Shown here: positions 30,124 through 39,199 of the stretch, piece after piece
Layout: every line of letters begins with the position of its first letter
How positions within the stretch are numbered: the first letter of the stretch is position 1
Program-made: the position numbers and the translations under genes
DNA from: Verrucomicrobiia bacterium
GTDB lineage: Bacteria; Verrucomicrobiota; Verrucomicrobiia; Limisphaerales; UBA1319
NCBI GenBank assembly: GCA_963664225.1
Contig: OY760937.1
Span: forward strand, 3,200,001-3,264,000
DNA length: 64,000 nucleotides
Reading direction: 5' to 3'
Notes under the pieces: model-generated
Databases searched by the model: none
The model's input: the letters and a program-made list of their open reading frames with translations, nothing else
What the model was told of the DNA's origin: nothing

Positions 30124-31083
30124 TCAGCGTCCGCCTTGCGCCGTGCGCGAACGCGCGCTGGCGGCATTTGGAATGGGTTTTGCGATCACCGGCGGCACCA
30201 CGGTCTGGTAGCCAATTCGCACATCCGTGGCGGGCATGTCCCCGGCCAGATCCTTGAACTCGTCCAGCTCGGTCAGCCACTTGTTGGTCTGGTCCAGGTG
30301 CTCCACCGTGGCATCAATGCGCGCGGTCAGGCTCTCGGCGTTCCGGGTGGCCACGGCGTCGGCGCGAATGAGCTTGATCTGCTGGTCCAGACGCTCCTGT
30401 TCGGAAACGGCGAGATCGAGATTTTCGTGAGCCTGTTGCACCCGTTGCAGACGCTTGTGCAGGACTTCGAGACGTTCCATCCGGGATTCAAGCAGACGCT
30501 GGCGCGAGTCCACGGCCGGACCGCCACCCTTGGCCTTGAGGGCATCGACCTCGGCGCATAGGGTTTTGGCCTCCGCCTCGGCCGCGGTGACCAGTGCGGG
30601 CACGTCGTCACGACGTTCGGTTTCCAGAAAACGCTCCAGGGATTCCTCGATGCACAGCAGCCGCAGATAGGTCCACATCAATTCATCGAGCTTGCGCAGG
30701 CGCGGATCGGTGTTGGGATCGCTGGATAGGGGATTATCCGCGCTGGCCTCCTCGATGTCTCGGCACACCCCGGCGAGCGCATTGTAGCGTTCCCGTCCGG
30801 ATTGGCCTAGCGCACCCAGCAACGCCTCGCGCTTTTGAACAAAGACGGCAATCTGGGCCATGGCCTCGGCGCGTTTTTGCTGTTCGTCGCGGCGGTTCAC
30901 CCACCCCTTGAAGAAGGGCATCTCCGGCAGGTAAATCCATCCCAGGGCGTAAATGGTGGCCCCGGCGATCAATCCCAGCGCGCTCGCACTCAAAAAGCCA
31001 GCCCCCAGCGTCACCAATCCCAGCCAGACATGGTGCGGGCTTTTTAAAAACTCACCGTGGTAATTGGGCGGTTGTTCGTCCAT
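30124..31083 (-). CDS. Membrane-anchored coiled-coil hypothetical protein
   Basis: Two N-terminal hydrophobic helices followed by long E/R/Q/L-rich helical segments. Confidence 0.8.
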   Translation of the reverse strand: MDEQPPNYHGEFLKSPHHVWLGLVTLGAGFLSASALGLIAGATIYALGWIYLPEMPFFKGWVNRRDEQQKRAEAMAQIAVFVQKREALLGALGQSGRERYNALAGVCRDIEEASADNPLSSDPNTDPRLRKLDELMWTYLRLLCIEESLERFLETERRDDVPALVTAAEAEAKTLCAEVDALKAKGGGPAVDSRQRLLESRMERLEVLHKRLQRVQQAHENLDLAVSEQERLDQQIKLIRADAVATRNAESLTARIDATVEHLDQTNKWLTELDEFKDLAGDMPATDVRIGYQTVVPPVIAKPIPNAASARSRTAQGGR

Positions 31084-31265
31084 GCGTTGTTAACGCAAGA
31101 TAATTTACAAGAAAAGGCGGCCTGTGGCCATGCTTTTTCTCACTGGCCTGAATCTAAGCCGGAGCGGGGCCGGGCGCGACTACAGCCTGAGGGCCGTTTT
31201 GTAACGGGCTCGGAGTGCTGGAAAGGGATGTCACGCGAAGCGGCGAAGGCGCGAAGTGGATTAAA

Positions 31266-32797
31266 CCCGAACTCCGAAGTTAGGTCGGTTTTTTTAGGGA
31301 ACCGCTAACCCCTCCGGTCATATTCCGCCCCCTCCGAAAGCTTGCCGGGCTTCCGGTGGCACCAACTTCGGCGACGCGCTTTTCAACCAGTTCAACGTGG
31401 TTTCTATCAACGGCTTGTGTTTAGCCAGTCCACCCCAGGCCGCCGAGAGCCTCACCACCACATCACGCCCCATCGTTCCCAAGAGGGCTCCCGCCAGAAA
31501 AACCGTCGTCCGCAATGTTCCTGGCTGGCGGTATGGCTGGGTTGGAGTGGTCTGATGCTGGTAAAGACTCAGCAGGTTGAATGTGAAGAGCACCGCCAGA
31601 AACGCCGACTCGGTGGCGAAAAACGATTTCAGGCAAAAACCGTTGGCAGCCAGATCATTCTTCAGCTCCTCGATCCGCTGCTCGATGGTGGCCCTTCCGT
31701 TGTAGTCCCTCCACAGTTCCAGCGCGCCTTCACTTCGGTTGGTGACGCACACTCGAAAGGTGTAACCGGGCACATCAATGAGCTTGCGACCCAGAGCCTC
31801 CTTGTCTTCCCTGATCCGCTCCCGCAGCACCACGAATCGCCGGGCAGTGGACCAGCCAAAGAGTTGGGCTCTAAACTCCCCCACGGCATGATTTTCATCG
31901 ATGGCTTTCCAGTTCTGGATTCCCACGCAATGGTATTTGATCGTGGAGGTCATGCGCGCCACCACAATGTAGGTTAATTTGCGCATTTCCAAAAACGTCA
32001 CTAACGCCTCATCGAAGAACCCGCTGTCGGCACGCACGCACCGAATCCACGTTCCCTCGGGCAACAGGGCCAATGCCTCCTGCAAAAACGGCACCACCCC
32101 GCGCGCGGCTCCGGTGTTGCCGCTGCGCAACCATCCATGCAGGATAAACGGCGCTTCGGCCAGCACCGCCAGGAGCGGATGATGGCTCTTGCGCCCCTTG
32201 CGGCGTGGATTGTACCCCTTGGCAGCCCCCTCCTGCGAACCCTCCCGGCAGAACACGGTCGAATCCAGATCCAACGAGAAGCCTGCCTTGGGGCAGGCCA
32301 GCAGATTGAGCAGCCATCGCCAGAGCGGTCGCCAGAACGCTTCGATGTGGCCCTGGCCAAAGTGCAGGAAGAAGTTGCGGATGGTGTCATCGCCCGGGAA
32401 ACGTTCCATCCCCAGCATGGCGTGCAGAACATGATCGGCACGCAGCCACTGACAGTGGGCAAAGCGGCGTGCTCCCGCCACCACAGATACGATAAAACTG
32501 GTCAGCGTATGGGCTAGAGGAATGGCATTAGGTGAAGTGGGCGCGGCAAACGGCAAGCACCGCTGCACCGCCTGCGCATAGCCGATCTGACCCAAAAAGG
32601 TTATGAATGAAGCCAGACCGCCGAAGGGGGTTATGGCCTTGGGAGTCTCATCCAGATAGAGCTTGGCTTGGCCGAAAAGAGCGCTAATTTCGACTGGGGT
32701 CGTTTTGTGCGAGTCTGAAGCGGGCTTGTTTAGCATCAAACCCTATTGCCTCAGAAGGTTGCGCATTGCGACCTCTTTTTCTATCTCGGAGTTCGGG
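31266..32797 (-). mobile_element. IS1380-family insertion sequence, 1532 bp
   Basis: Terminal inverted repeats CCCGAACTCCGA / TCGGAGTTCGGG; 5-bp direct repeat TTAAA at 31261-31265 and 32798-32802. Confidence 0.92.
31318..32739 (-). CDS. IS1380-family DDE transposase
   Basis: TPFGGL, LDLDST, GYNP, RADSGF and YNGRATIEQRIEELK motifs. Confidence 0.93.
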   Translation of the reverse strand: MMLNKPASDSHKTTPVEISALFGQAKLYLDETPKAITPFGGLASFITFLGQIGYAQAVQRCLPFAAPTSPNAIPLAHTLTSFIVSVVAGARRFAHCQWLRADHVLHAMLGMERFPGDDTIRNFFLHFGQGHIEAFWRPLWRWLLNLLACPKAGFSLDLDSTVFCREGSQEGAAKGYNPRRKGRKSHHPLLAVLAEAPFILHGWLRSGNTGAARGVVPFLQEALALLPEGTWIRCVRADSGFFDEALVTFLEMRKLTYIVVARMTSTIKYHCVGIQNWKAIDENHAVGEFRAQLFGWSTARRFVVLRERIREDKEALGRKLIDVPGYTFRVCVTNRSEGALELWRDYNGRATIEQRIEELKNDLAANGFCLKSFFATESAFLAVLFTFNLLSLYQHQTTPTQPYRQPGTLRTTVFLAGALLGTMGRDVVVRLSAAWGGLAKHKPLIETTLNWLKSASPKLVPPEARQAFGGGGI

Positions 32798-33006
32798 TTA
32801 AAACAACCTCTGAATCTCAAATGATGCCTCACAACGACGCTCCTTATCCCGTCCCATCCTGCAATCCTGTCCTTTTTATCTTCTTCGCGCCTTTGTCTGA
32901 ATCGGTTCATATTCACGATCCCGTATATTTCCATTGCCAGAATTAGACGGCGGAGCATGATGTGAATACGCATTGTTCGCCGGGAGTCAATGACTCAGGA
33001 GTTATT

Positions 33007-33687
33007 ATGAAATATTCCATCCACATGGCGGTCGTTTTGTTGCTGGCAATGTCCGCATGGACGCACGGGCAAAATCAAATCGTTATCAGAATGCCAAAAG
33101 CTCCGGTCGATCAGGTGTTTGCATTCTATCGAGATTTTAACACGAACACCGCCTTGGTCCTTTCTTCGCAATGGGCCGGAAAGCCTCCCAAAACGGTTAC
33201 TCTGGTGACCGATAAACCGGTCGAGCGGGCGAGCGCCACCCGGTTGGTTGAGGACGCATTGGAAAAGCAGCACGGCATTAAGTTCCGCCACGTCAGTCTG
33301 GAGGAGGCACTGGCCTTGGACATGATCGCTCTGAGTGGAAAGGACACGGTTCTGGCCGTGTCGCTGCCCCCGTTTCCGAAACATTCATCGGCTGACGCAA
33401 GCAATGAAGTCCGCTCCATTTCTTTTTCCCGCGCATCCCTGGAGCAGGTCGGTAATTTCTACGAAACCCTATCTGGCACACGGGTGATTTATGACGAGTA
33501 TTTAGCCCCACACAATGGATCCATGGTAATCGATCTGAAGGTCACTGGCCCCATGACGAAGGAGACCGCTCGGAAGCTCCTGGATATGACTCTGGCCATG
33601 CAAGCCGCCATCAAGGTGAGTCACGATCAGTCCGGCCAAACGCTATGGTCATGGGATGTGCTTTGCCGCGCGCCGAAGGCAAAATGA
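33007..33687 (+). CDS. Exported protein with two secretin N0-like domains, paralog 1
   Basis: Signal peptide; PVDQVFAFY...LVEDAL and SLEQVGNFYETLSGTRVI...MTKETARKLL segments resemble GspD N0 (recognised by eye). Confidence 0.65.
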   Translation: MKYSIHMAVVLLLAMSAWTHGQNQIVIRMPKAPVDQVFAFYRDFNTNTALVLSSQWAGKPPKTVTLVTDKPVERASATRLVEDALEKQHGIKFRHVSLEEALALDMIALSGKDTVLAVSLPPFPKHSSADASNEVRSISFSRASLEQVGNFYETLSGTRVIYDEYLAPHNGSMVIDLKVTGPMTKETARKLLDMTLAMQAAIKVSHDQSGQTLWSWDVLCRAPKAK

Positions 33688-34031
33688 TTCCCAGTGAACC
33701 TGTGAAAGTCCTTATCGTCTGCGCTCAAAATAAGATTCGGAGCGTCACCGCCGAGAAGATGTTTTCGGGCTCGCCGCATTATCAAGTCCGGTCGCGCGGC
33801 GTCTCCAGGAACGCGCGTGTGAAGCTGACCGCAGGAGATATCGGCTGGGCGGATATCATTTTCGTGATGGAGAAGGATCATAAGACCAGGATCGTGAACG
33901 ATTTCAGGGAAGAGGTGGTTGGCAAAAAGATCGTTTGTCTGTTCATCGAGGACATTTACGTGCCCATGGAAAACGCGTTGATCGAGGAGTTGCGATGCAA
34001 GCTCGCGCCTTATCTTCAGGTGCCTGAATGA
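33684..34031 (+). CDS. Small LMW protein-tyrosine-phosphatase-like protein
   Basis: P-loop VCAQNKIRS and WADIIFVME; ATGA overlap with the upstream gene. Confidence 0.88.
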   Translation: MIPSEPVKVLIVCAQNKIRSVTAEKMFSGSPHYQVRSRGVSRNARVKLTAGDIGWADIIFVMEKDHKTRIVNDFREEVVGKKIVCLFIEDIYVPMENALIEELRCKLAPYLQVPE

Positions 34032-34321
34032 CGGAAAGCTATCACGGAACCGATTCTCACGCGAAGACACGCAGGGGATAAAAAGGACAGGATGACAGGA
34101 TGGGAACAGGATAGGAGGTCCATCCGCAGATGAACGCGGATTAGCGCACAGACGAAACCGCGATCGAATGCGAAATCGTCGGCTTCGCGTGATACAAAAT
34201 CATTTCCTTCGAGCAAATCGCTCAAACCCGTGATCTTCGATATTTCCATTGCCAGAAGTGGATGACGGTGCAGTATGTGAACACACATTGTTCGCCGGGA
34301 ATCAAAGTCTCAGGAGTTATT

Positions 34322-35014
34322 ATGAAGTATTCGATCCATATTGCGGTCATTTTGTTGTTGGCATCGTCCGCGTGTGCAAAGAGGGACGTTCAAATGTCCA
34401 TCCGATTCCCAAATACTCCCGTCGATCAGGTGTTTGCATTCTATCGAGACTGCAACCCGAACACCGTCCTGGTCCTTTCGTCGCAATGCGCCACAATGGA
34501 GAAAAAAACCGTTAATATAATGCCCGACAAGCCGATGGACCGTTCCAGCGTTATCCGGTTGATCGAGGACGAATTGGATAAGCAGCATGGCATTAAATTC
34601 CGCCACGTCAGCCTGAAGAAGGCACTGGCCTTGGATACAATCGATTTGGGAAGAAAGGAAACAGTTCTGATCGTATCTCTGCCCCCGCCTCCGAAACAAT
34701 CATCGGCTGGCATGAGCAATGAAGTCCGCTCCATAAGGTTCCCCTCCACTACTCTGACGGAGATCAAAAAATACTATGAAGGCCTATCGGGGACCACGGT
34801 GCTTAATCTGGGGAGTGGCATGCAACCGCTATCGATCATGCAGTTTAAGCTGAATGCCGATGGCCCCATGACGAAGGACACGGCTTTGAAGATACTGGAC
34901 ATCGCCCTGGCCGTGCAGTCGCGCATCAAGGTGAGTCACGATCAACCCGGCCAGACGGTGTGGTTGTGGAGTTACATCCCGCCACTCAAAGTAAAATGGT
35001 TCTTCTGGAATTAG
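34322..35014 (+). CDS. Exported protein with two secretin N0-like domains, paralog 2
   Basis: Colinear with 33007-33687 (MKYSIH, PVDQVFAFYRD, KQHGIKFRHVSL, SNEVRSI, GPMTK, IKVSHDQ). Confidence 0.7.
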   Translation: MKYSIHIAVILLLASSACAKRDVQMSIRFPNTPVDQVFAFYRDCNPNTVLVLSSQCATMEKKTVNIMPDKPMDRSSVIRLIEDELDKQHGIKFRHVSLKKALALDTIDLGRKETVLIVSLPPPPKQSSAGMSNEVRSIRFPSTTLTEIKKYYEGLSGTTVLNLGSGMQPLSIMQFKLNADGPMTKDTALKILDIALAVQSRIKVSHDQPGQTVWLWSYIPPLKVKWFFWN

Positions 35015-35168
35015 CGGGGGGGGGTATTTTGCAGTCAATCGAGGGCAAATGGGGAAAGAACCAATGAGAATGGGATTTCCGACAGCAGGGGCGTGAGTGC
35101 TGGGGCGCAGAGCTCGCAGCCCTGCCCATTTAATTTCGTTTTGATAAACCAGTGGTTGCGGCATGGCC

Positions 35169-35573
35169 TTAAATGACCGGCAACAAATTGACCCATTTGG
35201 GATGGAGCGCGGCGAAGGCGGCGTCCAGCGTGGCCACTTTGCCGCCGCGACGGCGGGCCAGTTCCGCCAGCCAGGCATCCGTGATCTGCCTGGGTCCGGT
35301 AAGCAAATGGTGCGGAACATCAAGATAGTTGAAACCATCGTCCCAGAAATGGTGTTTGGGGTGGTTGACAACCGCCTTGAGAGTGGCCCAGGCCGCCTGC
35401 GCCGAGCCGTCAACGGCCATTTGCATGTGCAATCGCAGGAGCGTGCCCTGGGTCACGGCGCAGGTTGCAAAAGGTGCCGACCTCCCGCCAAACCAGTTGC
35501 AGCAGCGTTCATGGTGAACATGATTTCTCAAAACCAGCGCGACCAGCACATTCCCATCCAATAGCTCAGTCAT
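35169..35573 (-). CDS. vapC: VapC-family PIN-domain toxin
   Basis: LLDGNVLVAL, QITDAWLA and ATLD motifs; 134 aa. Confidence 0.92.
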   Translation of the reverse strand: MTELLDGNVLVALVLRNHVHHERCCNWFGGRSAPFATCAVTQGTLLRLHMQMAVDGSAQAAWATLKAVVNHPKHHFWDDGFNYLDVPHHLLTGPRQITDAWLAELARRRGGKVATLDAAFAALHPKWVNLLPVI

Positions 35574-35824
35574 GATTTCCAGTGGCGCAGGGTTTCCGCT
35601 TCTTCAGCCTGGGCAACGTCTTCATCGGTAACCTTCTGTTTGCAGTCCACCACCGGGAGTCCCGTCCTGGAACTCCGTTTGCCACCCGTGCCGGGTCCGC
35701 TGCGGGCTTCATTAACCCGATGCAGCAACTTGTTCACGGCGGCGCTGATGGAGCAATCCTCGGCAATGGCCAGCGACTTGGCCATCCGGTGCAGGTCATC
35801 ATCCAGATTGATCGTCAGTCTCAT
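35570..35824 (-). CDS. vapB: VapB-type ribbon-helix-helix antitoxin
   Basis: MRLTINLDDDL...SISAAVNKLL; overlaps the vapC start by 4 bp. Confidence 0.85.
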   Translation of the reverse strand: MRLTINLDDDLHRMAKSLAIAEDCSISAAVNKLLHRVNEARSGPGTGGKRSSRTGLPVVDCKQKVTDEDVAQAEEAETLRHWKS

Positions 35825-36173
35825 GGGGATAATATGGTGCGTTGGTGCGTTGGTGTCAATGTGGAGACAGGGAACGGGTGGGTCCATTCCGATTTGGGTG
35901 CATGACAGAATTTCTCGATAAAAAAAGAACTCTTGATGAACCCCCTCTCTCCGGCTCTCTCCCCCCTCGTGCCAATTCAGGTTTTGGGGCGAGAGTGACG
36001 AATCGCGCGATCGGTATTTTGGACAGGCTGTGTTCATTCGCCCCAAGCACTTCCATGTCGTTTTTAACGCCTCTTTCCATTCCTGAAGAATTTTGTCCTG
36101 CCCCTCCAATTTTTCCTCCTCCAATTTGGCCATTGACGCCGCCGGTGGTTTCTGGGGATTTTAGTGCTGACTT

Positions 36174-37772
36174 ATGGCTAAAATGCAACGAGCGCTGCTT
36201 TCCGTATTTGATAAAACCGGATTGATCCCGTTCGCCCAGGCGCTGGCGGAAGAGGGCATCGAATTGATTTCCACCGGCGGCACGGCCAAGGCCCTGCGCG
36301 AGCACGGATTGACGTGCACGGACCTGAGCGATTACACCGGGTTCCCGGAGATGCTGGATGGACGTGTCAAGACGTTGCATCCCAAGGTTCACGGCGGCCT
36401 GCTGTTCATCCGCAACAATCCGTCCCACGAGGCGGCTGTGGCCAAACACGGCATCAAACCCATCGACCTGGTGGTGGTGAACTTGTATCCCTTTGAGCAA
36501 ACGGTTTCCAGGCCGGGCGTGACCCTGGCGGAGGCCATTGAGAATATTGACATCGGCGGCCCCTCGATGCTCCGCAGCGCCAGCAAGAATCATGAGAGCG
36601 TGACGGTGCTGATGGATCCGGCGGATTACCCCACCGTGCTGGCCCAGATCAAGGCCACGGGTAACACGACCCTCGAACTGCGCCGCAAACTCGCCGCGCG
36701 CGTTTTCGCCCGCACCTCGGCCTACGACGCCGCCATTGCGGCTCACTTGATCAAGGTGTTCGGTGCGCAAAGTGCCGTTCCCGCCGCCACCGCCCCAGAA
36801 GCCGTCGCGGTCAAGCCGGTCAGCGTGATGCCCGCCAGTCTGGTTCTGGATATTCCCCAGGCCCAGGAATTGCGTTACGGGGAAAATCCGCATCAAAAAG
36901 CGGCGCTCTACGGCAATTTCCAACAGTATTTCCAGCAGATCCACGGCAAGGAACTTTCTTACAACAACATCCTGGACCTGACGTCTGCCGCGCAGCTCAT
37001 TGCCGAGTTCACGGGCGAGTTGCCCACGCTGGCCATTCTCAAGCACACCAATCCCTGCGGCATGGGGCAGGGGCCCACGCTCAAGGACGCGTGGGACAAA
37101 GCCTTCGCCACGGATCGCCAGGCGCCCTTTGGCGGGATCATCGCGGTCAATCAGGTGCTCGACGGACCCTGTGCCGCCGTGATTGCCGAGATTTTCAGCG
37201 AGGTCATCATCGCTCCCGATTTCAGCACCGAGGCCCTGGACATTTTGCAGAAGAAGAAAAACCTGCGCCTCATCCGCATCATCAAGGATATCCGCACCTC
37301 CCGTCCCTTCGATCTGCGCAGCGTGGGCGCGGATTCGTATCTGATGCAGGAGCGGGATTTGAAGACCGTCAAGGAATCCGAGCTGACCGTCGTGACCCGG
37401 CGCGCGCCGACCGCCGCCGAACTGCGCGCGCTGCTCTTTGGCTGGCGCGTGGTCAAGCATGTCAAATCCAACGCCATCGTGTATGCGGCCGCGGACCGGA
37501 CGCTGGGCATTGGCGCGGGTCAGATGAGCCGGGTGGATTCCAGCCGCATCGCGGTGTGGAAGGCCGGTGAAGCCAAACTCTCGCTCAAGGGCAGCGTGAT
37601 TTGCAGCGACGCCTTTTTCCCATTCCCCGATGGTTTGATCGCCGCCGGAGAAGCGGGAGCCACGGCGGCCATTCAGCCCGGCGGTTCCAAGGGCGACAAG
37701 GATGTCATTGCCGCCGCCGACGCACGGGACATGGCCATGGTCTTTACCGGTTGCCGCCATTTCCGGCACTAA
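36174..37772 (+). CDS. purH: Bifunctional AICAR transformylase/IMP cyclohydrolase
   Basis: RALLSVFDKTG, GRVKTLHP, IDIGGP, LRYGENPHQ, KHTNPCG, SDAFFPF and RHFRH. Confidence 0.98.
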   Translation: MAKMQRALLSVFDKTGLIPFAQALAEEGIELISTGGTAKALREHGLTCTDLSDYTGFPEMLDGRVKTLHPKVHGGLLFIRNNPSHEAAVAKHGIKPIDLVVVNLYPFEQTVSRPGVTLAEAIENIDIGGPSMLRSASKNHESVTVLMDPADYPTVLAQIKATGNTTLELRRKLAARVFARTSAYDAAIAAHLIKVFGAQSAVPAATAPEAVAVKPVSVMPASLVLDIPQAQELRYGENPHQKAALYGNFQQYFQQIHGKELSYNNILDLTSAAQLIAEFTGELPTLAILKHTNPCGMGQGPTLKDAWDKAFATDRQAPFGGIIAVNQVLDGPCAAVIAEIFSEVIIAPDFSTEALDILQKKKNLRLIRIIKDIRTSRPFDLRSVGADSYLMQERDLKTVKESELTVVTRRAPTAAELRALLFGWRVVKHVKSNAIVYAAADRTLGIGAGQMSRVDSSRIAVWKAGEAKLSLKGSVICSDAFFPFPDGLIAAGEAGATAAIQPGGSKGDKDVIAAADARDMAMVFTGCRHFRH

Positions 37773-37798
37773 TACAACCAAAGCCGCTTTCGAAATAC

Positions 37799-37878
37799 CG
37801 GTAGGGCGAGGCTCCCGCCGAGCCATCATATTATGTCGGCTTGTCGAAGAAAGGCTCGGCGGGAGCCTCGCCCTACCG
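37799..37878. repeat. Inverted pair of GTAG-type REPs (REPIN-like)
   Basis: CGGTAGGGCGAGGCTCCCGCCGAGCC (37799-37824) and its exact reverse complement (37853-37878). Confidence 0.85.
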
Positions 37879-38002
37879 TGCTCATGCGCCGATAACAGGC
37901 GGGTGCGGATGAGTCCGTCGCGTGCTTTTCGCGTTGCAGGCCCCGCGTCCACTTGCGGCTTGTATAAATGGCTTCAATGTATTATTCTCCAAGGCAGGAT
38001 AT

Positions 38003-39175
38003 ATGAATTACAGCATTTCGCACCGCTCGGCGGCGCTTTCACCTTCATTGACACTGGCCATCGATGCAAAGGCCAAGCAGATGAAGGCCGATGGTTTGGA
38101 TGTGGTCGGCTTTGGCGCCGGCGAACCTGATTTTGAAACCCCGCAACACATCAAGGACGCGGCGGCGGCGGCTTTGGCCGCAGGATTCACCCGTTACACG
38201 CCCAGCAGCGGAATACCGGAGCTGCGCCAGGCCGTGGTGGACAAGTTAAAGCGGGATAACGGCCTGACTTACAAAGCCTCCCAGGTGATCATTTCCTGCG
38301 GCGGCAAGCATTCCTGTTACAACACGATCCTGGCCACCTGCGAGGAAGGGGACGAGGTCATCATTCCATCCCCCTACTGGCTGAGTTATCCGGAGATGGT
38401 GAAGCTGGCCGGGGCCACCCCGGTGATTGTGCCCACCACCGACAAGACGGAGTTCAAGGTCACGCCGGACCAGCTCCGCGCGGCGATCACGCCCCGGACG
38501 AAGCTCTTCATTTTCAATTCACCCAGCAACCCCACCGGCTCGCTCTATTCCGCCGCGGAAGCCAGGGCGCTGGGGGATGTCTGTGTCGAAAAAGGCATCT
38601 ACATCATGAGCGACGAGATCTACGAGAAGCTCGTCTATGATGGAGCCACGCATACCAGCATGGGCTCGTTTTCGCAGGCGCATTTCGAGCACACCATTCT
38701 GGTGCATGGCCTGGCGAAGGCTTACGCCATGACCGGCTGGCGCCTGGGTTACCTGGCCGCGCCGGAGCCGATCGCCAAAGCCATCGACGCCATTCAGAGT
38801 CACAGCACGAGCAATCCCTGCTCCTTCGCGCAAAAAGGCGGCGTGGCCGCGCTCAACGGTCCGCAGGATCACATGCCCGTGTGGCTCGCCGAGTATTCGC
38901 GCCGGCGCAGTTACACCCACAAGCGGCTCAACACCATTCCCGGCATCAGTTGCGTGAATGCCAAGGGCGCGTTCTATCTGTTTCCGAACATTTCCAAACT
39001 GGGGCTTTCATCGACCGAATTTTGCGCAAAATTGCTCGAGCAGGAGAAGGTGGCCGCCGTTCCCGGTATTGCGTTTGGCGCGGATGAATACCTGCGTCTC
39101 AGCTACGCGACGAGCATGGCGAACATCGAAAAAGGCCTGGACCGCCTCGAAAAATTCGCGCGCGCGCTGGCCTGA
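38003..39175 (+). CDS. aspC: PLP-dependent class I/II (aspartate) aminotransferase
   Basis: GAGEPDF, NSPSNPTG, SDEIYE and AKAYAMTGWRLG. Confidence 0.93.
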   Translation: MNYSISHRSAALSPSLTLAIDAKAKQMKADGLDVVGFGAGEPDFETPQHIKDAAAAALAAGFTRYTPSSGIPELRQAVVDKLKRDNGLTYKASQVIISCGGKHSCYNTILATCEEGDEVIIPSPYWLSYPEMVKLAGATPVIVPTTDKTEFKVTPDQLRAAITPRTKLFIFNSPSNPTGSLYSAAEARALGDVCVEKGIYIMSDEIYEKLVYDGATHTSMGSFSQAHFEHTILVHGLAKAYAMTGWRLGYLAAPEPIAKAIDAIQSHSTSNPCSFAQKGGVAALNGPQDHMPVWLAEYSRRRSYTHKRLNTIPGISCVNAKGAFYLFPNISKLGLSSTEFCAKLLEQEKVAAVPGIAFGADEYLRLSYATSMANIEKGLDRLEKFARALA

Positions 39176-39199
39176 CCGAAGGCTTGACCGTCCGGCGAT

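Noticed and set aside
35880..36173. ZTP (pfl) riboswitch upstream of purH
   Set aside because: The conserved GACTGGCG and CGCCTGGG elements were not found; the region instead holds a degenerate palindromic repeat.
35856..37952. 698-aa minus-strand ORF
   Set aside because: Antisense to purH.
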